A stretch of 64,000 nt of DNA, from IMG/VR virus record IMGVR_UViG_3300044856_000216, positions 1 through 64,000 of that record; one strand, written 5' to 3'. Source of the stretch: a virus. Both the position numbers and the translations under genes were made by a program. Position 1 is the first letter of the stretch, and every line of letters starts with the position of its first letter. Under the pieces are notes generated by a model that was not told where the DNA came from, made no database searches, and saw only the letters and a program-made list of their open reading frames with translations. This document shows positions 45,149 to 54,836 of this stretch, piece by piece.

Positions 45149-45901
45149 CTAATCTAACCACCTGTTATCCAAATAGTAGAACCCAAATACCATTCCACCA
45201 ATTAAAATAACCCAAAAGATCCAGAAAATAATAATTGGAAAATCAGATTCTAGCCTTTCTATCGTCTCATCAATAGTCGAATTATTATAAAATGATGTGT
45301 TATCAGAAATAGTTTTATCTCTCAAATCTGTAAAAATTGTTCCTTTATATTCAGTACCAACACCATAATATTTATATCTTACATGACTTGACTCCTTAAT
45401 TGTGTCAATATAATCAGTATCAGGTAAATCAATCTTATTACTTGCGAAATTCACTCCACAAAATGATATTTCTTTGCACTTAATATTTTCACTTCCGACT
45501 TTATCCCAAGTCCAATATGTTTCTGTTGTAGTATACGAATGTCCTTTACCATCGGTATGAGTAACAGTTCTTGTATGCATTGTATATCTCTCTTTGACTT
45601 TCTCTACATACATATATTCTCCACCAATTTCAGGATATGTAACTGTATCTACCGCTTTTAAATCACCATATACAAACGCATTACCAACATTTGTGTCCAT
45701 TCCGTATTGGAACATTTCTTGACTTTCTATCTTAACAGCCTTGTTATAAATTTCATTTTTATCCATTTGGTGTTCTGAAATCTTGGAAGAAATCAGAATA
45801 CCAAACAGAATCATAACTGCAATGATAGAAATACTGACCAAGATTTCACGTTTTGTTATTTCAAAATCGCCAAAATCAAAACCTTTTCTATCATATCCCA
45901 T
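45149..45901 (-). CDS. Membrane protein (N- and C-terminal TM segments), partner of LemA
   Basis: TM helices ILVSISIIAVMILFGILI and IIIFWIFWVILIGGMVFGFYY. Directly downstream of lemA. Confidence 0.5.
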   Translation of the reverse strand: MGYDRKGFDFGDFEITKREILVSISIIAVMILFGILISSKISEHQMDKNEIYNKAVKIESQEMFQYGMDTNVGNAFVYGDLKAVDTVTYPEIGGEYMYVEKVKERYTMHTRTVTHTDGKGHSYTTTETYWTWDKVGSENIKCKEISFCGVNFASNKIDLPDTDYIDTIKESSHVRYKYYGVGTEYKGTIFTDLRDKTISDNTSFYNNSTIDETIERLESDFPIIIFWIFWVILIGGMVFGFYYLDNRWLD

Positions 45902-45904
45902 AAA

Positions 45905-46456
45905 CTAATCCTCTTTAAACAAATCCTGTGGAGCATCAACTGGCGCATTGTAATCCAAATACTCATATTCCTGTACTTCATATCCAAGCAATCCAAGAAA
46001 CTGTCTTGTAGGGAACTTTCTCACATATCGCTTGTATTCCTTAATCTGTTTATTGTAATTGCTGCGATACTCTGCAATCATATTCTCTGTCATAGATAAC
46101 TCATTCATAAGAGTCTTATAGTTCTCATTTGACTTCAGTTCAGGATATGCTTCTGCAACTGCTGTAATAGCTGTTGTTACATTCTCAATATCTCCTGTTG
46201 ATCCACGACCATCCGCAACTGCTGTCAATGTATCAGCTTCATGTTTGTCATACTGTTTTACGCAATCAGCAAGGTTATACACAAGGTCAACTCTTCGCTT
46301 TTCCTGTACTTTAATATCTGATGATGCTGTATTTACCTGCTCCTCAAGTGCAATAGCTTTATTCTGCGAACTCTGTACACCAAATACAATCATCAAAATA
46401 ACCGCTAATACTCCTACGCCAATAATTACTGGCACTTTCCAATTTGTGTTTTTCAT
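45905..46456 (-). CDS. lemA: LemA-family protein
   Basis: N-terminal TM helix and the block AYPELKSNENYKTLMNELSMTENMIAEYRSNYNKQIKEYKRYVRKFPTRQF, typical of LemA. Confidence 0.7.
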   Translation of the reverse strand: MKNTNWKVPVIIGVGVLAVILMIVFGVQSSQNKAIALEEQVNTASSDIKVQEKRRVDLVYNLADCVKQYDKHEADTLTAVADGRGSTGDIENVTTAITAVAEAYPELKSNENYKTLMNELSMTENMIAEYRSNYNKQIKEYKRYVRKFPTRQFLGLLGYEVQEYEYLDYNAPVDAPQDLFKED

Positions 46457-46576
46457 TTAAAATCTCCTTTATATGTAATATTTTTATTAGTTACACTGTA
46501 ATATTCTCTTATTTGTTGGGATTCCCATAGCCGAATGGCTTAGATATGATTAAAAATTTTCCAATGAAAGATTGGT

Positions 46577-47083
46577 TTACTTCGATTCCTCTTTCTCATC
46601 CATAATTGCACCACAATTAGGACAATATTTTGATTTCAACTTCTGGTTCGCATAATACAGTTTATATATTTTTTTATTACAAACTGAACAATATACACCT
46701 TCGTTTGCACATTCGTCTAATGCAAACCAATGACCATGCTCCCTATCAGTCCCTTTTATATTGTCTTTTACATCGTCCATTGGAACTGTCATAGTTCCTG
46801 CTATAACATTGGCATTAAGAAACTTTGATAAAACATCACCAAGTATTAACTCTACGTTGTCTACAAGTATTTCGTTACTCTGCTTATACATTCTATGACA
46901 TTCTAACCATTCATTTATTGTATAAACTTCTACATTAGTCGATATACCCATTTTCTCTGCCATACTCATAAGACTGTTTTTATTATTCATTGTAGATGTA
47001 ACAATCGGTTTTCCTGTTACATATGCTGTTGAAATAAGCATTGCCGTTTTACCAGTCGCACGTCCACGATTTATAATTCTCAT
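46577..47083 (-). CDS. RGxxGKT N-terminal domain plus C-terminal zinc ribbon
   Basis: MRIINRGRATGKTAMLISTAYVTGKPIV and CSVCNK...CPNCG. Confidence 0.45.
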   Translation of the reverse strand: MRIINRGRATGKTAMLISTAYVTGKPIVTSTMNNKNSLMSMAEKMGISTNVEVYTINEWLECHRMYKQSNEILVDNVELILGDVLSKFLNANVIAGTMTVPMDDVKDNIKGTDREHGHWFALDECANEGVYCSVCNKKIYKLYYANQKLKSKYCPNCGAIMDEKEESK

Positions 47084-47143
47084 GTTTTCGCCTCCAATGT
47101 ATTATTCTCTCAAAATCCAAGGATATGTTGCTTTCCTGTGAAG

Positions 47144-48034
47144 TTACTCAGATAAAATCATCTGGAACATGTTATCTACTGAGTCCAATAAGCCATATCT
47201 CTTATCAAATGCTGCCGTTGAACTTCTTGCAAATTTACGCTCTACCATGTCTATAAAATAAGTAAAATTACCGTCATCGCCCATATAGAACTCATTCCAT
47301 TCATCATCAGACATCAATCTTCTAACATTCAACTGGTCGATGGCAAGATTATCAAAGCTAACTACCTTAAATTTCTCAATAATATCTGCAAGATTTTCAT
47401 ATAGCCAATTCTGCTTTACAACAATGTTTTCATGATCTTCTGAATAAAAATCATCGCCACGTCTTAAATGTTTATAACCAAGAATCAGCATCTTCAGATT
47501 ATTATTCTCTAAAGCTTGTACGTCCGATGGCTTTAATACCCCGTTGATTACATGAATGACCGCATTTGGATATTTTTTAATAAGTTCAATAAATTTTTCT
47601 GTGGGATTTACAAGTGATACACCAAGACCATAGATAAGTTTTTCATCAACAAGCTTTTTAATAAGTTCTTGTTTTTTCTCAAAATGAATCTGATTTACCG
47701 TCATGTTTACAATAACTTTTCTATCTTTGAGTTTCTGTAAGAATGGAATTAAGTCAGGATGACTTGTAGCATCTCCACCACCAAGAGCAACTTCTTGATA
47801 TGGATGAAGTGTGTTAATGAATTTTTCATTCAAAATATCTCCAAATTTTCCATCTGTTGTACTACCTTCATGGCAGAATGGACATCCCATATCGCAAAAA
47901 TTACAAATTTTTATATCCATATTCTCTGCAAAAGCTGGTACAAACTCCTCATCTTCTGTCTCTCTAATCTTTGTTCCATCGCTCAAAATTGTGGTTTTAA
48001 AGTTACCATTTATGTATCTTCCTAATAATTCCAT
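47144..48034 (-). CDS. Radical SAM enzyme, function unknown
   Basis: CNFCDMGCPFC (CX3CX2C) and ALGGGDATSHPD. Confidence 0.6.
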   Translation of the reverse strand: MELLGRYINGNFKTTILSDGTKIRETEDEEFVPAFAENMDIKICNFCDMGCPFCHEGSTTDGKFGDILNEKFINTLHPYQEVALGGGDATSHPDLIPFLQKLKDRKVIVNMTVNQIHFEKKQELIKKLVDEKLIYGLGVSLVNPTEKFIELIKKYPNAVIHVINGVLKPSDVQALENNNLKMLILGYKHLRRGDDFYSEDHENIVVKQNWLYENLADIIEKFKVVSFDNLAIDQLNVRRLMSDDEWNEFYMGDDGNFTYFIDMVERKFARSSTAAFDKRYGLLDSVDNMFQMILSE

Positions 48035-48058
48035 TTCTTAAAATCCTCCTAAATTAAA

Positions 48059-48472
48059 TCAATCATCGTATCCATATTTACCAAATGCAACAATTTTATC
48101 TCCACTTTTACTTGTATATCTATCTACAAATGTTTCAAGATTACTGTGCAGCCATTCAACATAGGTTTTGGCATCCTCGCCTACAATATTGTTCTCTTTT
48201 ACATATTTGGTATAATACTTTTCTTTTGCAGATTCTGACAAGTCTGACCAATCTTTAGAAAATTCATCTTTATGATTTTCATAGTCTTGTGCTGCGTATT
48301 TCTTATCATCATCTGATAAACTATTTACTTTTACAAATGACTCAGAACCCCATTCATCAAAAAGAAGTTCGCCATTCTTCCACTGTTCAAATTCCTCCTC
48401 GCTACACATTGTAAGTGAATGTGTGCTTGATGAGTTAGTTTCAAATACTCCTCGTCTAATCTGTCTTTTCAT
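48059..48472 (-). CDS. Hypothetical protein, ETNSSSTH family (tandem paralog 2)
   Basis: N-terminus MKRQIRRGVFETNSSSTHSL is nearly identical to that of the upstream gene. Confidence 0.5.
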   Translation of the reverse strand: MKRQIRRGVFETNSSSTHSLTMCSEEEFEQWKNGELLFDEWGSESFVKVNSLSDDDKKYAAQDYENHKDEFSKDWSDLSESAKEKYYTKYVKENNIVGEDAKTYVEWLHSNLETFVDRYTSKSGDKIVAFGKYGYDD

Positions 48473-48476
48473 ATCA

Positions 48477-49058
48477 TTAGTTTCCTTTCATATAAACTTC
48501 ATAATTATCGAATTCTGGTTTTAAACCACCGTAATTTGTATAAGTACCCCAACTTGTTTCTTCTTCGCCTTCGTTGACATACATTCTGTCACTAAACACA
48601 TCTGAATTATCATTACCTGTAATAATGACCGAATTGCCAAATAAGTATCTAAATAGTTTATCTGAATCCGATAATACATCATTGACAAAATCTTTTGTTT
48701 CACATGAATGATCAATGTAACCATCAATATCATAATAATATCTAATTTTACCACCATATTCCCATGATTTTACTTTTAGTTCTGGGAGAGTGTATTCAAT
48801 ATTATTGCTATCTAAAATATCCTTTAACTTCTGTAAATTTTCATCTGCCTCATCTTTATCAAAACTTAAAATCGCAGTAATTAAATATGAAGCCTTATTA
48901 TATAAACTATCATATTCATCATTTTCCCAACCAAATTCGCCAATTTCAAAATCAATATGACTAAATAAATTATGCCTATACTCACTTTTTGTAATACAAA
49001 TCGCATGTGTACTACTTGAATTAGTTTCAAAAGCACCTCTTCTAACCTGTCTCTTCAA
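48477..49058 (-). CDS. Hypothetical protein, ETNSSSTH family (tandem paralog 1)
   Basis: N-terminus MKRQVRRGAFETNSSSTHAI. Confidence 0.5.
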   Translation of the reverse strand: MKRQVRRGAFETNSSSTHAICITKSEYRHNLFSHIDFEIGEFGWENDEYDSLYNKASYLITAILSFDKDEADENLQKLKDILDSNNIEYTLPELKVKSWEYGGKIRYYYDIDGYIDHSCETKDFVNDVLSDSDKLFRYLFGNSVIITGNDNSDVFSDRMYVNEGEEETSWGTYTNYGGLKPEFDNYEVYMKGN

Positions 49059-49107
49059 TTTTTTCTTACCTCCTTGCTTTAATATTCTCTCTTTTATTGC
49101 GGAATTA

Positions 49108-49272
49108 TTATCTCAAAAATATACATATCCACACTACAATTACGCTAATTAACCAAAACACTCTCGCAAGATCCTGTACTTTTTCAGATGCTTCAATCTG
49201 TAGTCCCCAAAAGAACATCATTGCGATACAAGCCAATATCTCTACAACTTCTACTGGTGTTAAATTACTCAC
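49108..49272 (-). CDS. Small membrane protein (54 aa, GTG start)
   Basis: AAAGGAGAAATAATA before GTG 49272. Two hydrophobic segments. Below the ORF-track cutoff. Confidence 0.4.
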   Translation of the reverse strand: MSNLTPVEVVEILACIAMMFFWGLQIEASEKVQDLARVFWLISVIVVWICIFLR

Positions 49273-49316
49273 TATTATTTCTCCTTTAAATATTCACAAG
49301 AAACCTGAATTTACTG

Positions 49317-49508
49317 TTACTGCATATCATTTAATTCTTTATTAATATCTTTCTCAACTTCTCTTCTATATTTCTTTTTAAATAATCTACGATTCTTCTT
49401 TTTCATCTTTCTCCAACCATTGTGATTATTTGCCCAACAAGCATAATCATGGGAGAACCAAGATTGATGATTTTCAGAAAATTGTCGTCTTTTAATCTCT
49501 GATCTCAT
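49317..49508 (-). CDS. Small basic protein
   Basis: Lys/Arg-rich 63-aa ORF, co-oriented. Confidence 0.35.
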   Translation of the reverse strand: MRSEIKRRQFSENHQSWFSHDYACWANNHNGWRKMKKKNRRLFKKKYRREVEKDINKELNDMQ

Positions 49509-49517
49509 AAAGCTCCT

Positions 49518-49856
49518 CTACTTACAATTCCTAAGTTCAACATTGTAGTCATCCTTAACATCAATAGTGACTTCTCTCTGAAATTTTCCTTCCTTATCAT
49601 AGAGGGATAAATAATATCTGTTACCACGCTGCTCTAAGTCAAGATTCTCATTCTCAAATAATAATACTCGTCTCTGCCTCTGCATTGGTTTATTCTCTAC
49701 CTTCAAGTTATTTATTGCTTCTTTTGAACCGACAAAGATTGGTGATTTTAATTCTTCAAGAATACAGCTAATATCATCGTCTAGCCTATCATCATCTTTT
49801 GTATGTTTATCAACTGCTTTGATTACGTCTTTCTCAAATAATAATCTGTTTGCCAC
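49518..49856 (-). CDS. Hypothetical protein
   Basis: Start moved to GTG 49856, behind AAAGGAGAATATTAAA, which also encodes the upstream ...WKGEY-stop. Confidence 0.45.
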   Translation of the reverse strand: MANRLLFEKDVIKAVDKHTKDDDRLDDDISCILEELKSPIFVGSKEAINNLKVENKPMQRQRRVLLFENENLDLEQRGNRYYLSLYDKEGKFQREVTIDVKDDYNVELRNCK

Positions 49857-49857
49857 T

Positions 49858-50325
49858 TTAATATTCTCCTTTCCATTCATCCAACTCATAGAAACTGTTA
49901 ATCTGATTATCAAGCTTTCTAACCTGTTCTCTTAGTTCAGCTTCTTTCTTCTTACTATCTGTTCTCTGACACTTCTTCCATAATTCTTCACGCTGCTTAG
50001 TCAGTTCATTGTACTTATCAGACACATCAAGCTCTTTTACAACTGAAATCCCAATCTTCTCTCCACAATGAGGGCAGAACCGAATAGGATAATTGTCTGT
50101 CTGTTCCCATTCGTCTTTATATGATGTAATGACTTCTGTATAAGAAGTACAAAACCGTGGAATAAAAACACCATCATCTTCATATTCTCCACCAATATCA
50201 TTTATATCTTCATCTGTAAATACAATAGCTTTATCATTCTGAATTTCATCGCAACAATATGTAAATGGTTTATACTTGTACGAATAAGTGTCATTAAATT
50301 TCAATTTGATTAAATCTATCTTCAT
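49858..50325 (-). CDS. Hypothetical protein with a CPHCG motif
   Basis: AGGAGAATAA lies before ATG 50325. Confidence 0.5.
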   Translation of the reverse strand: MKIDLIKLKFNDTYSYKYKPFTYCCDEIQNDKAIVFTDEDINDIGGEYEDDGVFIPRFCTSYTEVITSYKDEWEQTDNYPIRFCPHCGEKIGISVVKELDVSDKYNELTKQREELWKKCQRTDSKKKEAELREQVRKLDNQINSFYELDEWKGEY

Positions 50326-50333
50326 TTATTCTC

Positions 50334-50519
50334 CTAGTTCATCAACCTAATTTCTCGAAAATCATCATCAGCTTTTACACCATTGATATAAGCATACCAA
50401 CCTCTAAGACCTTCTTTCTTAGAGATTGGATATTTATGCTTAATATTCATAACAACTTCGTAATCGTCTGGATAGTTTTCAAGAATAGACTTCAAATCAC
50501 CAACTAAAATACTACTCAT
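50334..50519 (-). CDS. Hypothetical protein
   Basis: ATG 50519 lies behind GGGAGTGAGAATC. Confidence 0.4.
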   Translation of the reverse strand: MSSILVGDLKSILENYPDDYEVVMNIKHKYPISKKEGLRGWYAYINGVKADDDFREIRLMN

Positions 50520-50524
50520 GATTC

Positions 50525-50854
50525 TCACTCCCAATTCTCAATATTATCATCACAAGGGAAATACGAAAGTTCAATCTCGCTCAGTTTTTTGTAATAGATA
50601 ACAGATTCACTCCAATCTTTTTCAAAACTTTCGCTATCATATATTTCTCTAAACCCAATCAGAATATCCTTATCTGGAAGTTCAATAGCTTCCTTAATCT
50701 GAATATGTCTAAAATGATAATCAACATATAATGACTGATCCACGAACTTTTTATCCATCTCATAAGGAGTATATTGTCCTGGTCTACGAATTTCTAACAT
50801 GCGAAAAATATGCTCATATCCAAAATCATGTAGCCATGTTTCAAAATCAGTCAT
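50525..50854 (-). CDS. Hypothetical protein
   Basis: ATG 50854 lies behind AAAAGGAGGATTATA. Confidence 0.45.
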   Translation of the reverse strand: MTDFETWLHDFGYEHIFRMLEIRRPGQYTPYEMDKKFVDQSLYVDYHFRHIQIKEAIELPDKDILIGFREIYDSESFEKDWSESVIYYKKLSEIELSYFPCDDNIENWE

Positions 50855-51329
50855 TATAATCCTCCTTTTCAAAAGGAATATCTGTCTCGTAAAAATCTCT
50901 TGTCACTAAGACAAAATATTCCTCGTCACCTTCGTACCTGAATACACTTAAGAATAAATCTCCATGACATGTATACCAACAGAACTCATTTTTATTTACT
51001 CTAAAATAATCAATAGCTCTCTGAATTTCTTTAATTACTTCATCTTTTCCCACTTCAACAACATTTCTCAGATTCTTGTTAGTTCTATTGAAATGTATCG
51101 GATAATCAATATTGTCTTTTGTTAATGTAATTCCATCTAATTCATTAACCATTGATTCTTGTCCACAGCAAGGACACTTAACAAACGGTGCGCCAAGCCA
51201 TCCAATATGAGTATCTTCTTTAGAAATTTCCAATTCTGAATCACAATGTTCACAGAAGATATGTATTTTTTTAGACTTTTCTTCAATGTTTTTGTTAAAA
51301 TTGTTCTGAATAACTTTTATAATAATCAC
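50847..51329 (-). CDS. Zinc-ribbon protein
   Basis: CEHCDS...CPCCGQ. Confidence 0.5.
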   Translation of the reverse strand: MIIIKVIQNNFNKNIEEKSKKIHIFCEHCDSELEISKEDTHIGWLGAPFVKCPCCGQESMVNELDGITLTKDNIDYPIHFNRTNKNLRNVVEVGKDEVIKEIQRAIDYFRVNKNEFCWYTCHGDLFLSVFRYEGDEEYFVLVTRDFYETDIPFEKEDYND

Positions 51330-51351
51330 CTCTTTCTATGTATTTATTCTC

Positions 51352-51624
51352 TTATCTCAGTTCAATCTCACCGAATTTTAATGTGTCATCTTCAAACATT
51401 TTGTTACCCTGATATTTACCAATAAAACAACGTTTAAACGAGGTCGTAACACTGGTTATTGGCGATACGAATTTTAATTCATGTACAATCGGTTTAACTA
51501 ATGCTTCAAGCGTCTCTTTGTTTGCAAATATGTACGGTTCATGTCCTTCTCTATATACGAATTCTGCAATTTTCGTATTTAACTTATTCACATCTATCTT
51601 ATCTACTATTGAAAATGTCTCCAT
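51352..51624 (-). CDS. Hypothetical protein
   Basis: Co-oriented ORF. No family recognised. Confidence 0.45.
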   Translation of the reverse strand: METFSIVDKIDVNKLNTKIAEFVYREGHEPYIFANKETLEALVKPIVHELKFVSPITSVTTSFKRCFIGKYQGNKMFEDDTLKFGEIELR

Positions 51625-51669
51625 TTATTGTTTTCCTTTCCAAAAGAAATGCTTCTTTAATTGGATTGT

Positions 51670-51948
51670 TTATTCTCCCATCTGATCTACAATACTCTGT
51701 AACTTATCAACATATATTTGAGCTTCTTCCTTATTATTTAGCTGCTTAATATCAGCAGGTACAAAAGCTAACTTCGATTCATCGAAAACATCATTATTCG
51801 AACAAACTTTCATAAACTGGCACATAGTTTCAGCATCAACCCGATCTAAATCTGGCTGTAAACAAATCACATCCCCCTCCTGTGGATGCAGTTTTCTAAC
51901 TTTAATAAGCGTCTGTTTAAATAACTTCTTTTTCTGTCTTTTGTTCAT
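51670..51948 (-). CDS. Hypothetical protein
   Basis: AGGAGAATAACAAT lies before the ATG. Ends ...MGE-stop. Confidence 0.45.
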   Translation of the reverse strand: MNKRQKKKLFKQTLIKVRKLHPQEGDVICLQPDLDRVDAETMCQFMKVCSNNDVFDESKLAFVPADIKQLNNKEEAQIYVDKLQSIVDQMGE

Positions 51949-51952
51949 ATTG

Positions 51953-52204
51953 TTATTCTCCTTCGAATATTACTCTTATTGGCTTTATAGCTTCGTCATT
52001 TGTTGGTATAAGAAACACTTTGTCATTTCCAACCTGATCTTTAAATATTTTTGGAGCTTCAACAAATGTAACTCTTTTTGAGCTATCACTATCCAGCCAC
52101 TCTTTAAACTTTTTAAGATTTTCTTTTTCAGAAATTGCAGCACATGGACTTACTTTATCTATTAACTCTAAAAATTTTTGTCTTTCATCTTGTGATAACT
52201 CCAT
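51953..52204 (-). CDS. Hypothetical protein
   Basis: AGGAGAATAACAGT lies before the ATG. Ends ...EGE-stop. Confidence 0.45.
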   Translation of the reverse strand: MELSQDERQKFLELIDKVSPCAAISEKENLKKFKEWLDSDSSKRVTFVEAPKIFKDQVGNDKVFLIPTNDEAIKPIRVIFEGE

Positions 52205-52208
52205 ACTG

Positions 52209-52454
52209 TTATTCTCCTATTTCTACATGGTCATTATCCAACAAACCAAATTTTCGTAAATAGTACTGTTTGGTTTTATCATCGACTCTACAATAAAAAT
52301 TATGTCTTCCTGACTTCTGCAAAGATAATGTATTGATATTAAGCTCTGCGTTCATAATAATCAGTAATTCGTTTAATGTAATATCATAGCAATGAAACGT
52401 TTCGCCTATTAGAAGCTTATAATATTTCTTCTCTAATTCTGTTATTTCTTCCAT
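52209..52454 (-). CDS. Hypothetical protein
   Basis: Co-oriented ORF. Ends ...IGE-stop. Confidence 0.45.
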   Translation of the reverse strand: MEEITELEKKYYKLLIGETFHCYDITLNELLIIMNAELNINTLSLQKSGRHNFYCRVDDKTKQYYLRKFGLLDNDHVEIGE

Positions 52455-52466
52455 ATTGACACCATC

Positions 52467-52859
52467 CTACGCTTCTATATATTCCAATATCCAACTGTCG
52501 TATTTATTTTCTTTAATTAATTGCTGATATAAATTTATCCATTCTTGTGCTGAAAGACCATTGTACTTCCAAACGCATTCTTTCCAATGTCTGTGTATAA
52601 AATGACCTCTTGTTTTTAACTCAATACATTTCACACATTTATCGTATAATTTCTTGGAATACCAATTCGATCTCCTTCTATTCCAGCCATTAAACCCGCC
52701 ATCTATAAATGCTTCAGTCGGATCATATCTGCTTCTCATATCAGTAAGAGTTCTGTCGTATAACTCAGTTTTTGCATTGTATAAACAATGAAGCAGAAAA
52801 TAGATGTCTTCATAATCATTTTTAAAATTCCATTCTTCAATATTTAAATCAAAATACAT
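52467..52859 (-). CDS. Hypothetical protein
   Basis: Co-oriented ORF. No family recognised. Confidence 0.5.
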   Translation of the reverse strand: MYFDLNIEEWNFKNDYEDIYFLLHCLYNAKTELYDRTLTDMRSRYDPTEAFIDGGFNGWNRRRSNWYSKKLYDKCVKCIELKTRGHFIHRHWKECVWKYNGLSAQEWINLYQQLIKENKYDSWILEYIEA

Positions 52860-53362
52860 TATTCTTCATTCCTTATTACATCAAACTTAATTGGTAACAT
52901 AACTGTAAATCTACTCTTCATCCAAGGTTTTTCTTTCGTTGCAAATTCATCACCAAATTCTTCTGCCAATACAAAATCTCCGACAGTGTAGACAATAGAA
53001 TATCCAGTTAAATCTTTTGGAATCTCCTTATTTACATTACAGGTTTTAAGATGAATCATTTTATCTATGCACTCACCCATTAAGTCTTGAAAGAATACAA
53101 ACGTTCCATCACAATTGCAACGCTGCATTGTGAAATATTCAAAATCTGCATCTGGATCATGCTTAATAATCACATTAAAATAAGGTTTGTCACCTTTAAG
53201 ATAAGGTACATCTGCTAAAATTGTTCCATTTTTGGTGTAATTAACAACCGTAAATAGCTCTCGTATATCCTGTTCAATCATGGATTCATATTTATTATTC
53301 TCCATGCCATTGCACTGACCTGATGCAATTCGTTCTTTTACAAATTCTAATGATTTACCCAT
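52859..53362 (-). CDS. Hypothetical protein
   Basis: AGGAGAAATTT lies before the ATG. No family recognised. Confidence 0.5.
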   Translation of the reverse strand: MGKSLEFVKERIASGQCNGMENNKYESMIEQDIRELFTVVNYTKNGTILADVPYLKGDKPYFNVIIKHDPDADFEYFTMQRCNCDGTFVFFQDLMGECIDKMIHLKTCNVNKEIPKDLTGYSIVYTVGDFVLAEEFGDEFATKEKPWMKSRFTVMLPIKFDVIRNEE

Positions 53363-53371
53363 AAATTTCTC

Positions 53372-53533
53372 CTAATTACTCAGTCTGTATTTGTCATATT
53401 CATACATTGAACAATCTTCACAATAAAGATTTTGTTCTTTGCAATCTTCACAATCGAAACATCCACCATAAATGCCACCATTTTCATTCATCTTACAGGT
53501 ATTACATTTACAAGTTTCACATGATGTATTCAC
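53372..53533 (-). CDS. Small Cys-rich protein (53 aa, GTG start)
   Basis: GAGGAGGTGATTAA before GTG 53533. Sequence NTSCETCKCNTCKMNENGGIYGGCFDCEDCKEQNLYCEDCSMYEYDKYRLSN. Below the ORF-track cutoff. Confidence 0.45.
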   Translation of the reverse strand: MNTSCETCKCNTCKMNENGGIYGGCFDCEDCKEQNLYCEDCSMYEYDKYRLSN

Positions 53534-53573
53534 TTAATCACCTCCTCGAATGAAACGTGGTTTTCCTACTGGT

Positions 53574-54116
53574 TTATTCTCCTAATGGTCTTTCATATGT
53601 AACTAATTTTTCAACAATTAGATCCTTTGGTAATAAATCTCTACAGAAATATGCTGTTGCAAATGGACTACCTTTTACTACAGAATCCATATGCTCCTTA
53701 TTGTGATAACAAATTCTTGCATCAAAACTAAGAATCTGAATACCATCTTTGAAATATTTATATCTTGTTTTACCTTGTAGGGAATTAAGCGGTAGAAGAA
53801 CCGCAAATGGTTTATTGAATGAATAGAGTCTTTCTAAGACTTTATCTTTGATTGAGAAGGGTGGATTGCTAACTATGATATCCCATTTTTCAGGTTCATA
53901 ATTAAAAAAATCCTGACCTTCAGCTAATGAACTTCTGACTACATTGTATCCTTCTTCTTTTAGTCTGTTGTAGAAAGCAGACCAGTTTTCATCAAATGGA
54001 CACCATATAATTTTATCTTTTGGAAGATATTTAATAATGTGATCTGTTGCGTAATAGGGCGTGTATAACTCATTATCTTCCTTATCTGATGTTAAATATC
54101 CAATATTTAATGCCAA
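53574..54116 (-). CDS. Small N6-adenine DNA methyltransferase-like protein
   Basis: Motif IV IIVSNPPFS. TTG start at 54116 with only a weak GGTGA SD. Confidence 0.5.
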   Translation of the reverse strand: MALNIGYLTSDKEDNELYTPYYATDHIIKYLPKDKIIWCPFDENWSAFYNRLKEEGYNVVRSSLAEGQDFFNYEPEKWDIIVSNPPFSIKDKVLERLYSFNKPFAVLLPLNSLQGKTRYKYFKDGIQILSFDARICYHNKEHMDSVVKGSPFATAYFCRDLLPKDLIVEKLVTYERPLGE

Positions 54117-54205
54117 TATTTGTTCACCAATAGTAGCTGCGCAGCTTTACTCACATGTGAACATTTATCCTTTCTTTAATTGTACTTACTTTGTTATATT
54201 CTCTG

Positions 54206-54403
54206 TTACTTCTTTCTAATACTCCATAAATAAGGACTACTACATCCACAATGATGAATACCATCTCCAAGAACACATCTTCTGCAATCTTCATATTCTT
54301 CATGTGTACTACAATACTCTTTAACTGTATTTATAGCATTTATAATTTCTTCATTTATGGATTCTGGTTCAATATACTCTCTTTCTTCAATTCTCATAAT
54401 CAA
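54206..54403 (-). CDS. Hypothetical protein
   Basis: Co-oriented ORF. No family recognised. Confidence 0.4.
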   Translation of the reverse strand: MIMRIEEREYIEPESINEEIINAINTVKEYCSTHEEYEDCRRCVLGDGIHHCGCSSPYLWSIRKK

Positions 54404-54463
54404 TCACCTTTGTCCTGAATATTGTATAGTTTTCGTGACAAGCCAAGAAACCAAAATTTCATC

Positions 54464-54790
54464 TTACTTTTGCAAATTCTTCAATCTCTTATGACTCAAT
54501 ACATTCAGTGTATCTTCGATACCTTCATAATAAGCAGACTTCATATCTGGATTGTCATAATTTTTTGCCTTATCAAACACTTCTTTTATGTATGTCTCTT
54601 CATCTCTCTTATCTATAGATAATTGCTTAATTTTATCAATACAATCATCACATATATCCAGTCTGTTAAAAAGTTTATTCCAAATTCGACAACCATTAAT
54701 ATATCTTTTGGCAATTCCTGCAATATCAAATTCAAAACAAGGAATTCTATTTCCACAAATATCACATACTCGATAGTTTACTTTTGACAC
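54464..54790 (-). CDS. Zinc-finger protein
   Basis: CDICGN...CDDC. Confidence 0.45.
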   Translation of the reverse strand: MSKVNYRVCDICGNRIPCFEFDIAGIAKRYINGCRIWNKLFNRLDICDDCIDKIKQLSIDKRDEETYIKEVFDKAKNYDNPDMKSAYYEGIEDTLNVLSHKRLKNLQK

Positions 54791-54836
54791 TAAATCGCCT
54801 CCTGTAGATTAAAGAAATGTCTGATTAATTACTTGT

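Noticed and set aside
54147-54164. Second in-frame TAA upstream of the small adenine methyltransferase (ATG 54164, MFTCE-TAA-SCAATIGEQI-TTG...)
   Set aside because: The upstream codons add nothing homologous. The methyltransferase domain begins after the TTG at 54116, which has a GGTGA 9 nt upstream. This is most likely coincidence.
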